Shown here: positions 19,612 to 29,649 of the stretch, in pieces
Position numbering within the stretch: the stretch's first letter is position 1
Layout: each line of letters begins with the position of its first letter
From: Gammaproteobacteria bacterium
Lineage (GTDB): Bacteria > Pseudomonadota > Gammaproteobacteria > Arenicellales > JAJDZL01
Direction of reading: 5' to 3'
NCBI GenBank assembly: GCA_022823405.1
Contig: JAJDXD010000096.1
Location: 5,943 to 69,942 of the forward strand
DNA: 64,000 nt
Made by a program: the position numbers and the translations under genes
Notes under the pieces: model-generated
Seen by the model: only the letters and a program-made list of their open reading frames with translations
Told to the model about the DNA's origin: nothing
Database searches by the model: none

Positions 19612-20544
19612 TTATTCGAAGAATTTATCCGGTGGAATTGGTCCCCATTGAGTCACCCCTTCCGGGGTTCCAGCTATAACAGATGGGGAGTGATGGCGAT
19701 CAACGACATCCCCGTCGCTGTAGTGCTCAATCCTTTGCTCAAAAGGATCCATCCAATAATCAAATACCTGACTACCGGCCATATGCCGCCCTACTCCAAC
19801 TTCAATTTCATATCCTTGAGAAATCAAATAATCGTGAGCTGACATAACAGCATCAATGTCCTGAACCTCAAAAGCGCAGTGATGGATTTTTATGTCGTCA
19901 GACTGCGAGATGAAAATACTATGATGATCACAGGTCCCATCTCCAGGGTCGCAACTCATGAACACGCCAATTACATTTTGCTGCTCATCCGGAGTGGCCA
20001 AATAATCTGCAGCTCGCAACCCGAAATGCGTTCCGAACCATGTTTCTGAATCGGCAGCATCACTAACAGTTATCGCCACGTGGCCAAGACGCAAAGCATG
20101 CGCAATTCCCTTTGGTGGGCGTTGCGACTCGTTTACGCGTTGTTTGTGGGTTCCGAAATTGTGAATCAATGGCTCTCGCACGTCAGTCGGACGATGCCAT
20201 TGGCGCCCATACACAACATCTATTCGGTGACCATCAGGGTGCATTACTGTGGCTTTTTTCCCACCATAATGGCTGCCCAGTGATTCCACATTCGTTGCCA
20301 ATCCATTATCAACCAGTATTTCTAGATCCTTCTCATTTCGGGCTTCCAACGCAAGACCTAGAAACTTATTGGAACTACCCAAAGTAGCGATATATGCATA
20401 CGGGTTCCCATTGGCAGTGGAGAAACCGACTTCGCTTTCGGTTTGATAACCTATTCCAAGCCCAAAGTCATACATAAACTTGATCATTACGTTCAGGTCT
20501 GTCACCTGATAATGGACATAAGCCAAATCTCTTACGGTAATCAT
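19612..20544 (-). CDS. Two-domain VOC extradiol dioxygenase, 2,4,5-trihydroxytoluene oxygenase (DntD)-like
   Basis: RLGHV, DHHSIF, IHHCAFEV, GVGRHMAGSQVFDYWMDPF..IEHYSDGD, QWGP: His/His/Glu triad and signature of the THT-oxygenase subfamily. Confidence 0.82.
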   Translation of the reverse strand: MITVRDLAYVHYQVTDLNVMIKFMYDFGLGIGYQTESEVGFSTANGNPYAYIATLGSSNKFLGLALEARNEKDLEILVDNGLATNVESLGSHYGGKKATVMHPDGHRIDVVYGRQWHRPTDVREPLIHNFGTHKQRVNESQRPPKGIAHALRLGHVAITVSDAADSETWFGTHFGLRAADYLATPDEQQNVIGVFMSCDPGDGTCDHHSIFISQSDDIKIHHCAFEVQDIDAVMSAHDYLISQGYEIEVGVGRHMAGSQVFDYWMDPFEQRIEHYSDGDVVDRHHSPSVIAGTPEGVTQWGPIPPDKFFE

Positions 20545-20665
20545 TAAATCAGCACCCAAGAATGATGAAGGTTTACCCAAAACTCGAAAATAGAATTCTC
20601 ATTTCCAACGGAACAGCATAGATCGAGTTTGGTCGCAACATTTTGCGTTCAGGAATATTTTATGT

Positions 20666-20679
20666 ATTTCATGTGAAAT
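20666..20679. promoter_or_regulatory. Operator copy ATTTCATGTGAAAT in the divergent dioxygenase/FAH promoter gap
   Basis: Identical to the 17311 copy, followed by GTTA. Confidence 0.65.
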
Positions 20680-20726
20680 GTTATAGTAAACGTTATCCCA
20701 AATGAAACTAGATACTGGACGAAAAC

Positions 20727-21575
20727 ATGAAACTACTGAGAGTTGGCGATACTGGAGCCGAAGTACCTGCTATTTTGGATTCGAAAGGAGTGGCCAGGGA
20801 CATATCAAAGGTTATTCCCGAAATTTCCGGCGAGTATCTGGGACGCAGCACTCTGGATCAGCTTCGGAACCTCGACTTGTCGCAATTTCCTAAAATTTCG
20901 GCAAATACTCGCGTAGGACCATGTGTTGGCGCTAGCTCAAAGTTTGTGTGTATCGGTCTGAACTACGTCGACCACGCCCGAGAAGCGGGCAGACCAATTC
21001 CCAAAGAACCCGTAGTTTTTATGAAAGCTACGACGTCTATCAGTGGTCCGTTCGACGACATCGAAATGCCAGCAGATTCGAAAAAATCCGACTGGGAAGT
21101 TGAGCTAGGTATCGTCATCGGTGAGCACACCAAGCGAATTTCTGAGGACAGCGCCTTTGATCACATTGCTGGCTATTGTCTGGTGGACGATGTTTCTGAG
21201 CGCGCATACCAATCAGAACGAGGGGGCCAATGGGTCAAAGGGAAAAGTTTGGATAGTTATGGACCGATCGGTCCATGGCTGGTCACAAAGGAGGAAATAC
21301 CTGATCCTAACGCGCTGACAATTTGGCATGAGGTAGACGACCATCGTTACCAGGATGGATCTACGTCCGATATGATCTTCAGAGTCGGCTACTTGGTTAG
21401 CTACCTTAGCCAATTTATGACGTTGTTACCTGGAGACATCATTTCTACAGGAACCCCGGCAGGAGTTGGTCTTGGTCAAAAACCGGACCCTGTATACCTT
21501 AAACCTGGACAGACGCTCAGATTAGGCATCGACGGACTCGGGGAACAACTTCACAAAGTCGTGAGCGTTCAATAG
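20727..21575 (+). CDS. Fumarylacetoacetate hydrolase family protein
   Basis: CIGLNYVDHA, DWEVELG, DVSERAYQ..WVKGKS, GDIISTGTPAGVG. Confidence 0.92.
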   Translation: MKLLRVGDTGAEVPAILDSKGVARDISKVIPEISGEYLGRSTLDQLRNLDLSQFPKISANTRVGPCVGASSKFVCIGLNYVDHAREAGRPIPKEPVVFMKATTSISGPFDDIEMPADSKKSDWEVELGIVIGEHTKRISEDSAFDHIAGYCLVDDVSERAYQSERGGQWVKGKSLDSYGPIGPWLVTKEEIPDPNALTIWHEVDDHRYQDGSTSDMIFRVGYLVSYLSQFMTLLPGDIISTGTPAGVGLGQKPDPVYLKPGQTLRLGIDGLGEQLHKVVSVQ

Positions 21576-21687
21576 TCACCGAATACAGCCTACCGTGCGG
21601 GGATTGCACTTTCAACCTCGGCCAGTGTGAACCATGTAGTATAGTGGCACCGACACCAATCTATGCTGTCAACAATAGGAATTAGTC

Positions 21688-22128
21688 CTAATTCTCAACA
21701 ATTCGTTTCAGTTCAGATACAAACTCGTTTCCGATTGAATCGGCAACTTTTTCCATCATTCCTCCACCAAATTTTCCTAGACGCCCGACAAGGCTAAAAT
21801 CCGATTCGTAGGTAACTGAGGTGTTGTTACCATTTCCACTCAAAGCTAGAGTGCTTGTGGCTTTAAGCCGACTGGACTTCTTTCCTTCGTCTCCTTTACT
21901 CTCATATCTGGCGTATTCAGGTGGGCGCTGCTCGACGCAAGCAATGTTGAGATTGAACTTTGTTTTTATTGGTCCAAGTTTCACGAGAACGGTTACACGG
22001 TACGTGTCGTCTACTTGTTCAGCATTTTCACAGCCGGGTACACATTGCGCAACTTGTTTGGGATCGGTGACAACTCCCCAAACCCTGTCAATCGGCGCTT
22101 CGACCTCGAATGTTTTTTTGATTAACAA
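21688..22128 (-). CDS. CoxG/SRPBCC-family protein
   Basis: VWGVVTDP..AQCVPG, VKLGPI, GRLGKFG. Confidence 0.85.
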   Translation of the reverse strand: MLIKKTFEVEAPIDRVWGVVTDPKQVAQCVPGCENAEQVDDTYRVTVLVKLGPIKTKFNLNIACVEQRPPEYARYESKGDEGKKSSRLKATSTLALSGNGNNTSVTYESDFSLVGRLGKFGGGMMEKVADSIGNEFVSELKRIVEN

Positions 22129-22130
22129 GG

Positions 22131-24461
22131 CTACAGTTTTCCCAATGCCTGGAGTACCTTTTCAGGTGTAATCGGCAAGTCACGAATACGGGCCCCCGTA
22201 GCATTGTAGACAGCATTTGCAATCGCTCCTGGCGGTGCTATCAGACAACACTCCGAAAGGCTTTTTGCGCCAAAAGGACCGGTCGGTTCATTGGACTCAA
22301 TAAAAATACATTCAATTTCTGGCGGCATTTCGACAGCAGTGGGCATTTTGTAATCAAGAAAGTCACTGGACAGGCAGGCACCGGTATCTGGATCAAACTG
22401 AACCTGCTCAGTCAGCGTGTAGCCGATGGCTTGCTGTAAACCACCTTCAACTTGACCCTCTGCTCCGGCCGGATTGATAACTCGACCAATGTCATGGGCA
22501 TATACCGCGCGAACCACCCGAACTTCTCCAGTGTCGGTATTGACCTCAACCTTTACGAACATCGCAGATGCGGGAATTGGGCTGAAAGTGGGTGCCATTG
22601 TGGCACTACCAATGATAGTACCGCGATAAGGGGTTGAATCACCCTGGGGTCCTTGCTCGGTCATGGTTACCAACGGTGAATCAGCACGAGACGCTACGTC
22701 GCTTATGCTTATCGATAGATTCTCCACTCCTTTCACGAACACCATACCGTCCCGGGTATCCAGATCTTCAGGACTGGCTTCCAGCATGGTGCCTGCGACT
22801 TTGAGAAGATTCCTCTTGGCATCGGCAGCGGCAGCCTTTACTGTGTTACCGACCGCATTCGTTCCACGACTGGCATGCATTGGAGCATCAAATGGAGCAT
22901 TGCTGGTATCGGTTGAGGACATTCGCACCTGTTCTACAGGGATGCCCAGTTCGGCAGCAACAATTTGGCAGAACACAGTATTTTGCCCACACCCGATATC
23001 AATAGCCGCTGAGCAAATGTCGGCGGATCCGTCTACATTTAGCTTGATGAATGCTCCCGAATGTTCGTACAGATCGGGCTGAGCAGAACAGTTCGATGTC
23101 CAGGTAACGGCGCAACCGAGGCCAATACCTGTTTTGACTACACCTTCGTCTGAACCAGCTTTCTTGCGTTGGCTCCAGCCTATACGCTCGGCACCTTGCC
23201 GCAGGCAGTCATCAAAACGGTAAGTACTAAAGGTTCCGTTAAAGATTGGGTGGGGCTCTCCCTCTTTATGTGCATTCTTGATTCGAAACTCAACAGGGTC
23301 CAGATTCAGTTCCTCACAAATTTCGTCGATCTGCTGTTCGACAGCAAAGGATGCTTGAGGGGCGCCATAGCCCCTAAAACCACCACTAATTACGTTGTTG
23401 GTATGAACGGATAAGCCTTCCCAACGTCTATTCGCACAACTATAAGTGAAGCAGTAGCCGAACAGGCCATGGACCATTATTACGGTTGAGGCGTGAGTTG
23501 CATGCGCGCCGGCATCCAGTGTGCTACGGGCTTGCCTTACGGTTATTGTCCCGTCAGACTTTACACCAGTTTTGAGTTCCATTCGAATTGGGCACTTATT
23601 GCTGGTCACAAACTCTTCGGCTCGGGTCAAAACCATCCGGACAGGACGATTGGTGATTTGACTGAAGATCGCAGAAATTGGCTCAATTGGTGTGATGTCG
23701 AGCTTACCACCAAATCCACCTCCTATGTAAGGCGGCTTGACCACTCTGACTTTGCTTTGCGGTAGTCCCAACACAAACGCGAGCTTTTCGCGAAGGCCGA
23801 ACAAATGTTGCATGGAGCTCTGAATAGTGACGTTACCGTTAAAGTCCACATCAGCTATACAAACATGAGGTTCCATCGAACAAATGTTGATACGATGGGT
23901 TTCGTAGGTTTGCTCGAAAACGTGGTCAGCTTCTGCAAAACCTGCATCGGGGTCTCCAGTTTCAACCTTCTCATGCTTGGCGATGTTTTTTTCGGTGTAA
24001 TCGTGAATTGCAGGCGCCCCATCCATCATTGCGTCGTCAACATTGAAGACCGCAGGTAATTCTTCATATTCGATGTCAATCAAATCCAGAGCTTGCTCCG
24101 CAATTTCTGGTGTAGTCGCTGCTACCGCTGCAACAGGTTGGCCGGCGTAACGTACGGTTCGACTCATTAGGGTCATGTCCTGAATACAGCCAAGACCCTC
24201 AGTCGGCATAAAGTAAATTGGAGAGTACTTGATCTGAGGCACGTCGTCCGGGGTCAGCACTGCCTTAACGCCAGGAAGCGATTCTGCGTGGGAAACATCG
24301 ATGCTGACAATCTTGGCGTGGGGATACGGACTACGTAACATTATTCCATGCAGCATTCCAGGTAATGATGCATTGATTGGAAAGCCCCGGCCGCCGGTGA
24401 CCTTGTCTTCGGCATCGTGAAACTTGACGTGGGTGCCTACGGTATCGCTGAATTTCGACAT
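22131..24461 (-). CDS. Xanthine-dehydrogenase-family molybdopterin large subunit
   Basis: RSPYPHA, IGGGFGGK, FRGYGAPQ, HASRG, GQVEGG, GPFGAKSLSE (catalytic Glu). Confidence 0.93.
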   Translation of the reverse strand: MSKFSDTVGTHVKFHDAEDKVTGGRGFPINASLPGMLHGIMLRSPYPHAKIVSIDVSHAESLPGVKAVLTPDDVPQIKYSPIYFMPTEGLGCIQDMTLMSRTVRYAGQPVAAVAATTPEIAEQALDLIDIEYEELPAVFNVDDAMMDGAPAIHDYTEKNIAKHEKVETGDPDAGFAEADHVFEQTYETHRINICSMEPHVCIADVDFNGNVTIQSSMQHLFGLREKLAFVLGLPQSKVRVVKPPYIGGGFGGKLDITPIEPISAIFSQITNRPVRMVLTRAEEFVTSNKCPIRMELKTGVKSDGTITVRQARSTLDAGAHATHASTVIMVHGLFGYCFTYSCANRRWEGLSVHTNNVISGGFRGYGAPQASFAVEQQIDEICEELNLDPVEFRIKNAHKEGEPHPIFNGTFSTYRFDDCLRQGAERIGWSQRKKAGSDEGVVKTGIGLGCAVTWTSNCSAQPDLYEHSGAFIKLNVDGSADICSAAIDIGCGQNTVFCQIVAAELGIPVEQVRMSSTDTSNAPFDAPMHASRGTNAVGNTVKAAAADAKRNLLKVAGTMLEASPEDLDTRDGMVFVKGVENLSISISDVASRADSPLVTMTEQGPQGDSTPYRGTIIGSATMAPTFSPIPASAMFVKVEVNTDTGEVRVVRAVYAHDIGRVINPAGAEGQVEGGLQQAIGYTLTEQVQFDPDTGACLSSDFLDYKMPTAVEMPPEIECIFIESNEPTGPFGAKSLSECCLIAPPGAIANAVYNATGARIRDLPITPEKVLQALGKL

Positions 24462-24464
24462 GTT

Positions 24465-24938
24465 CTACTCCCCGGTCGTCTGGCCTGAAGCTAGTTTCAC
24501 AGCTTCGATAATTTTGTGATAGCCGGTACAGCGGCATAAATTGCCCGCAAGACCTTGTCGTATTTCGGCATCATTTGGCTTGCTGTTAATGGAAAGCAGC
24601 TGCTTAGTTGCCAATATCATACCGCTCGTGCAGTAACCACACTGAACCGCACCACTGTCGATGAATGCCTGTTGAATGTGATCCAAATTTCGACCATCAG
24701 CTAATCCTTCAACCGTTGTGATTTCGGCATCTGCGACGGTCATTGTGTATGTCATACAGCTATAGCGAGATTCACCGTTAACTAGCACGGTGCAACAACC
24801 GCAGCCACCGGTATCGCAACCTTGTTTCGGCCCTATAAGATGCAACTCGTTCCGAAGCGTATGTAAGAGAGTATCGAAGGGTTCGATTATCGCGGGTTGA
24901 ACCTCGCCGTTAACATTAATCTCAATTTGTTGTTTCAT
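24465..24938 (-). CDS. Mo-hydroxylase small [2Fe-2S] subunit
   Basis: GCDTGGCGCCTV, QCGYCTSG, GNLCRCTGY. Confidence 0.95.
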   Translation of the reverse strand: MKQQIEINVNGEVQPAIIEPFDTLLHTLRNELHLIGPKQGCDTGGCGCCTVLVNGESRYSCMTYTMTVADAEITTVEGLADGRNLDHIQQAFIDSGAVQCGYCTSGMILATKQLLSINSKPNDAEIRQGLAGNLCRCTGYHKIIEAVKLASGQTTGE

Positions 24939-24955
24939 CCTGATAGTTCCCAAAG

Positions 24956-25828
24956 TCAAGACAATTGATTGGCAACACGTGCTAGACAGCGTCTTACCAA
25001 AACGCCGGTAATATGCTTTCGGTATTGAGCCGATGCTCGGTGATCCGAAAAAGGCTCAATTTCGCCTTTGGCTGCTGTGGCCGCCCGCTTAATATCCTCC
25101 GCATTCAACTCTGAATTCTCAAGAACCGCTTCAGCTTCGCAGCAGCGAAACGGGACTTCACCGATTCCGCCCCCGACAAAAATTCGAGCACCTGACTGTG
25201 AACCACCGCTCAATGAAAGTCTGACACCGACGCTGACAATTGAAAGATCGTTGGCGGTAGTCTCCATTTTTTCGAATGACGATGCCGACTGTTCTGACGG
25301 TTGAGGTACCTTGATCTCTGTAATGATTTCGCCAGGAATCAAATTAGTTTCAAATAGAGATACGAACAACTCATCAATTGGAAATTCCCTAGTGCCGTCA
25401 GGACCAGTTGCACAAACCATCGCGTCCAATGCCAAAAAGGCAATCGGCATATCAAGGTAAGGACACGACGCTGCCACGCCTCCCCCAATAGTTGCTGCGT
25501 TCTTTACCTGTCGAGGCGGGTATGCAATCGCTTCGCGTAATGCTCCCAGCAACGAAATATTCTGAATCTCGGCAGAGGCCTCAAGACTGGCAAATGAAGT
25601 GCTCGCACCGAGTCTAATGACATTTTCGTCGAACGTCATATGGTTCAGATTTAGACGCGACAAATCAATGAGCTGTTCAACATCGGTAACGAGGCCTCTT
25701 GCTACCAAACCGTGAATAAACGTGCCACCACCGATAACCATCGCAGAATCCTGACAGGCCTGCAGTATCGCAACTGCCTCTTCGACGCTATTGGGCTGAC
25801 TAAACCCCTGTAGTGTTGTAAGTGCCAA
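24956..25828 (-). CDS. Mo-hydroxylase FAD-binding medium subunit
   Basis: IGGGT, QVKNAATIGG, DHRASAQYR. Confidence 0.9.
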   Translation of the reverse strand: MALTTLQGFSQPNSVEEAVAILQACQDSAMVIGGGTFIHGLVARGLVTDVEQLIDLSRLNLNHMTFDENVIRLGASTSFASLEASAEIQNISLLGALREAIAYPPRQVKNAATIGGGVAASCPYLDMPIAFLALDAMVCATGPDGTREFPIDELFVSLFETNLIPGEIITEIKVPQPSEQSASSFEKMETTANDLSIVSVGVRLSLSGGSQSGARIFVGGGIGEVPFRCCEAEAVLENSELNAEDIKRAATAAKGEIEPFSDHRASAQYRKHITGVLVRRCLARVANQLS

Positions 25829-26070
25829 TGTTCTCTCCTCGGTAGTTACCTTGACTATACGACCCTGCTTCTGTTAGCGGTCGTCATGCCAGATTAAATG
25901 CGCTGATTGTGATATGATAATATTTCTTGTAATATCTTACTAGACATTTAAGCCCGACCCATCTAAGCGCGACCCATCAACAAATTCTACGCTAATTTTG
26001 ATATTTGGTATTGAACGTCGATGGAAGTCGGAATTTCATTTTGACAAATAGATAACGTGGAGGTAACACA

Positions 26071-26880
26071 GTGTCAGAACTAACTCTTTATGATTTTGCC
26101 GAGTCAGTCTGTTGCCAGAAAGTGCGTCTAGTCATAGCTGAAAAGGGTCTCTCGGTGCGGGAAGTGCCAGTGCCGCTGGATGAGGGTGCTCAGTTTAAGC
26201 CCGAATTTCTCAAACTGAATCCAAAGGCTATTGTTCCGGTCGCTACACACAATGATCGAGTGATAACCGAGTCGACGGTAATCAACGAATATATAGAGGA
26301 AGCGTTTGAAGGACCAAATCTACTACCCGAAAATGCCTATCACCGGGCGATGGCCCGTAACTGGTCGCTTCGAGTGGATTTAGGGTTACATAGCCCCCAC
26401 ACCACTGTGGTTAGTTTTGTCGTGGCTCTGCGTTATGCATTTATGGACAAGCTGGACACACCGGAAAAGATAGCAGCGCATTTGCAAAATGTCATGGATC
26501 CGGTAAGTCGCGAAATGCAGCGCCAAGGATTTGAGATGGCTTACGAGGCACCGGCTTTTCGTGACGCTATCTTGGCATTTGATGATTTGCTCGAGCAAAT
26601 GAATGCGGCACTGACACAGTCCAAGTGGTTGGTTGGTGATCACGTGTCGTTGGCAGATTTCAATCTTGCACCTTACATTCATCGACTCGACACCCTAGGT
26701 TTGTCAGGTATGTGGTCCCATCGAAGTGATGTAGCTCGCTGGTACGAGGCATTACAGCAGCGTCAAAGTTGGGACCAGGCGATTCAGAAACCCCATGTGG
26801 CAATGTGGCTTGATCTAATGGCAATGGGTGGTAAAGAAGGTGCCCCAATTGTGGCGAGAATGCTCGAAACGTCATCCTGA
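26071..26880 (+). CDS. Glutathione S-transferase family protein
   Basis: [40 protein letters not shown]. Confidence 0.92.
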   Translation: MSELTLYDFAESVCCQKVRLVIAEKGLSVREVPVPLDEGAQFKPEFLKLNPKAIVPVATHNDRVITESTVINEYIEEAFEGPNLLPENAYHRAMARNWSLRVDLGLHSPHTTVVSFVVALRYAFMDKLDTPEKIAAHLQNVMDPVSREMQRQGFEMAYEAPAFRDAILAFDDLLEQMNAALTQSKWLVGDHVSLADFNLAPYIHRLDTLGLSGMWSHRSDVARWYEALQQRQSWDQAIQKPHVAMWLDLMAMGGKEGAPIVARMLETSS

Positions 26881-27027
26881 GGCAACAAACATCTTCTATC
26901 AACGCAATTTTGTTCAGCAAATGCGAACAGAATCGAAAGTCATTTCAATCCAATTTGACTCCACTTGAGAAGAGGATTGAGGTGTTGTATGCGAGTCCCG
27001 ATTCAATAGCAAAAAGGTGATGCAATT

Positions 27028-27402
27028 ATGGACATATCTGAACTCTTAAATTTTGTCGGAAGAGTGCTGGTTGCGGCGTACTTTCTCTGGGCTGTCTGGT
27101 TCAATTTCGCGAACCGTGGATTTCATCTATCCGAGTTTGAACGAATCGGCGTAGGTGGTGGGAAAATCCTTTTCTTGGTTGGGCAGGTTTTCGCACTGGG
27201 TGGCAGTGTAATGTTTCTGATTGATGCGGTCGCGTTATACGGTGCCGCTTTACTGATCATCTTCACATTGGTGGCTGACATGCTGTTTCACAGATTCTGG
27301 ACTTATCCGGACCCAGAGCATTCAACTATTCACAAGTTCTTTTTGTATGAGCATGTAGCTCTGATCGGCGGAATTCTAGGACTTGCCAGTGCACACCTTT
27401 AA
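27028..27402 (+). CDS. DoxX-family membrane protein
   Basis: GRVLV..F, four hydrophobic segments, FHRFW, EHVALIGG. Confidence 0.8.
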   Translation: MDISELLNFVGRVLVAAYFLWAVWFNFANRGFHLSEFERIGVGGGKILFLVGQVFALGGSVMFLIDAVALYGAALLIIFTLVADMLFHRFWTYPDPEHSTIHKFFLYEHVALIGGILGLASAHL

Positions 27403-27564
27403 CGTCTTTCTAAGTTAAGGGTGCTATTTCCGCCTCGCGGTGCATGTGCAGTTGAGGTGAGGAATTGTGGCTGCCGATTGTACGTTAACTTTTTTACCCT
27501 GCTATTGCTCAAAAATGTAATTTGTGTATAATTTCTCAAAAAATATCACATAAAATTTCTGCAA

Positions 27565-27891
27565 ATGACAGCATACTTTATCGCACTAGGAACCTTAAAG
27601 GATCCAGAAAAAATGGAGCGTTATGTAGAACTATCTGGGCCAATCATGGCTAGGCATGGTGGACAATGGATTTCCACTGGAGAGGTTAAGAAGATTCTCA
27701 CTGGGTCACACAAACATGATCGAGTGGCGATATTCAGCTTCCCAAGTATTGAACATGTTGAGGCTTGGTATAACGACCCGGACTACAAATCGCTTTGGGA
27801 GTTCCGGAGCGAATGTGGTGATTTTGATTTCTTGGCCGTGGAAGAATTTCCTTGGGTCGCAGACGCAAAAAAAACACTTGAAGAGGAGTAA
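27565..27891 (+). CDS. DUF1330-family protein
   Basis: MTAYFI..DPEK...Y...HGG, FPS.E...AWY.DPDY. Confidence 0.85.
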   Translation: MTAYFIALGTLKDPEKMERYVELSGPIMARHGGQWISTGEVKKILTGSHKHDRVAIFSFPSIEHVEAWYNDPDYKSLWEFRSECGDFDFLAVEEFPWVADAKKTLEEE

Positions 27892-27895
27892 TTAT

Positions 27896-28981
27896 ATGAA
27901 AACAATGAGATTCTGTGCCAAACTGGTAATCGCAGGAGCGATCACCCTGACTGTGGGCGTGGGTTCGACGGTTGCTGACTGGAGCTTCGACGTTTTAGCC
28001 CGGGACGACCTTCGTAAAACCGCAATGGAACCTCTCAATGGTTCAGTGAAAACATATACAGCACTAAGCCAATCCGAGGTGACAAAAAAATGGAGCCTGT
28101 GCATGCTGGTTCCACATACGACCAATGAGATTTTACGTGCTTACATTTGGGGTACAGTTGATGAAGCTAAACGTCTAGGCGCAAAGCTGACAACATTCGA
28201 CGCTGGAGGTTATGACAAGCTATCCACGCAACTGTCCCAATTTGACGATTGTGTCACTCTAGGTGCCGACGCAATTCTTCTTATGGCGATCTCACCTACC
28301 GCCTACGGACAAAAAATTGCTGCAGCTAGAGAACGGGGCGTTAAGGTTATTGACCTGAATATCGGTGTTGATGCCGAGGTCGATGGACGTGTGGTTGTCA
28401 CCTTCAAGTTTGTTGGCGACGTTATTGGTAAAGCATTGGCGGAACGACACCCCAGTGACAGTGTATCGGTCATCGTGATGCCCGGACCTGCCGGTGTAGC
28501 ATGGTCAGAAGATATGGTTATTGGCCTTAATGACGCAATTGTTGGTTCTGGCGTAAGTGTCGAAAAGGTAGTTTACGGTGCGCCGGGCAAAATTGACCAG
28601 CAGCCATTGGTTGAGGATGTTTTGACTGCGTATGCCGATCTGGACTACATCGCGGGAATGGGAAGCTCCGTTGAAGCGGCAGTAAACATCCTTCGGGAAC
28701 AAGGTCGTGTTGGTGAGGTGAAACTCTATGGAACTTGGTTGACACCGACCGTTATCCAGGGCTTGAAGGACAAAATTATTGAAGGCGTCGTCCTTGAGAA
28801 CTCAGTGATCGTCAACCGTTTGGCTGTCGACCTTGCTATTCGAGTTCTCGAAGGCAAAGCCGATCCGACCTTGCTTGATGTGGTTCCTGTCGTGTCACTG
28901 GTTGATGGTGTGTCTGTAGATGACGCGCCGGCTGCCAACTTTGCACCAGCGGACTGGCAAACCGAAATGAACGTGGACTAG
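27896..28981 (+). CDS. TorT-like periplasmic ABC substrate-binding protein
   Basis: Signal peptide after GAGGAG RBS; KKWSLCMLVPH, EAKRLG...DAGGY, DCV..GADAI, PGPAG..W: TorT-like pattern. Confidence 0.8.
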   Translation: MKTMRFCAKLVIAGAITLTVGVGSTVADWSFDVLARDDLRKTAMEPLNGSVKTYTALSQSEVTKKWSLCMLVPHTTNEILRAYIWGTVDEAKRLGAKLTTFDAGGYDKLSTQLSQFDDCVTLGADAILLMAISPTAYGQKIAAARERGVKVIDLNIGVDAEVDGRVVVTFKFVGDVIGKALAERHPSDSVSVIVMPGPAGVAWSEDMVIGLNDAIVGSGVSVEKVVYGAPGKIDQQPLVEDVLTAYADLDYIAGMGSSVEAAVNILREQGRVGEVKLYGTWLTPTVIQGLKDKIIEGVVLENSVIVNRLAVDLAIRVLEGKADPTLLDVVPVVSLVDGVSVDDAPAANFAPADWQTEMNVD

Positions 28982-29000
28982 TTCTGCTTAGGAAAATTTT

Positions 29001-29028
29001 AGGTGGCAGGTGAACTGCCACCTTTTTT
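29001..29028 (+). terminator. Intrinsic terminator or stabilising hairpin after the binding-protein gene
   Basis: AGGTGGCAG-GTGAA-CTGCCACCT followed by a T run. Confidence 0.75.
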
Positions 29029-29055
29029 CCAAAAACATAACATCTGGAAACTCTC

Positions 29056-29649
29056 ATGCCAAGGCTATCTCCTCTCGAAAGAAACAAACTCACTGAGTTT
29101 GAATCAGTATTTAAAGAAATGGAGGACGCTCTGGGTTACGTTCCGAATAGCTTCTTCACTATGGGACGTGTTCCAGAGATTATGCACGCAGTCAGCGGCT
29201 TAATGGACCATCTTTGGTACCCCGACAGGGTTTCGGAGCCGGTTCGTCGCCTTGTCACTTATGCATATAGCTGGTTCGCCGGTTCTCCATATAGCGCTGC
29301 CCATTGCGCCTGCGGTGCGGAGGAGTTAGGGTTATCACTTGAAAAAATCCAAGCAATTGAGGATTACGAAACTTCATCTGTCTATTCAGAATCCGAAAGA
29401 TGTCTACTGCGCCTCTGCAGACATGCAGCTTACATGCCGGCACGTGTTGAGGATGAAGATATAGAACAGTTGCGTAATCACTTTTCCGAATCTGAGATTC
29501 TGTATGTCATCGGATTGATCTCCTGCGTCGCATTTCTGAATAAATGGAACGAAATCATTCAGACTGCTCTTGAGCCCATCCCAGAAGAATGGGCAACCCG
29601 AAATTTGCACGGATTTAAGTCAAGTTTCAACAAGTCTAGTAACGTTTGA
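29056..29649 (+). CDS. AhpD/carboxymuconolactone decarboxylase family protein lacking the CxxC motif
   Basis: LGYVPNSF..M..VP, GSPYSAAH, FSESEI, FLNKWN. Confidence 0.78.
   Translation: MPRLSPLERNKLTEFESVFKEMEDALGYVPNSFFTMGRVPEIMHAVSGLMDHLWYPDRVSEPVRRLVTYAYSWFAGSPYSAAHCACGAEELGLSLEKIQAIEDYETSSVYSESERCLLRLCRHAAYMPARVEDEDIEQLRNHFSESEILYVIGLISCVAFLNKWNEIIQTALEPIPEEWATRNLHGFKSSFNKSSNV

Noticed and set aside
21688-25828. Aerobic CO dehydrogenase (coxMSL plus coxG)
   Set aside because: The large subunit lacks VAYxCSFR and no coxDEF genes are present.
27656-27895. 80-aa N-terminal extension of the TorT-like ORF in the track
   Set aside because: It overlaps the DUF1330 gene; the RBS and signal peptide point to ATG 27896.
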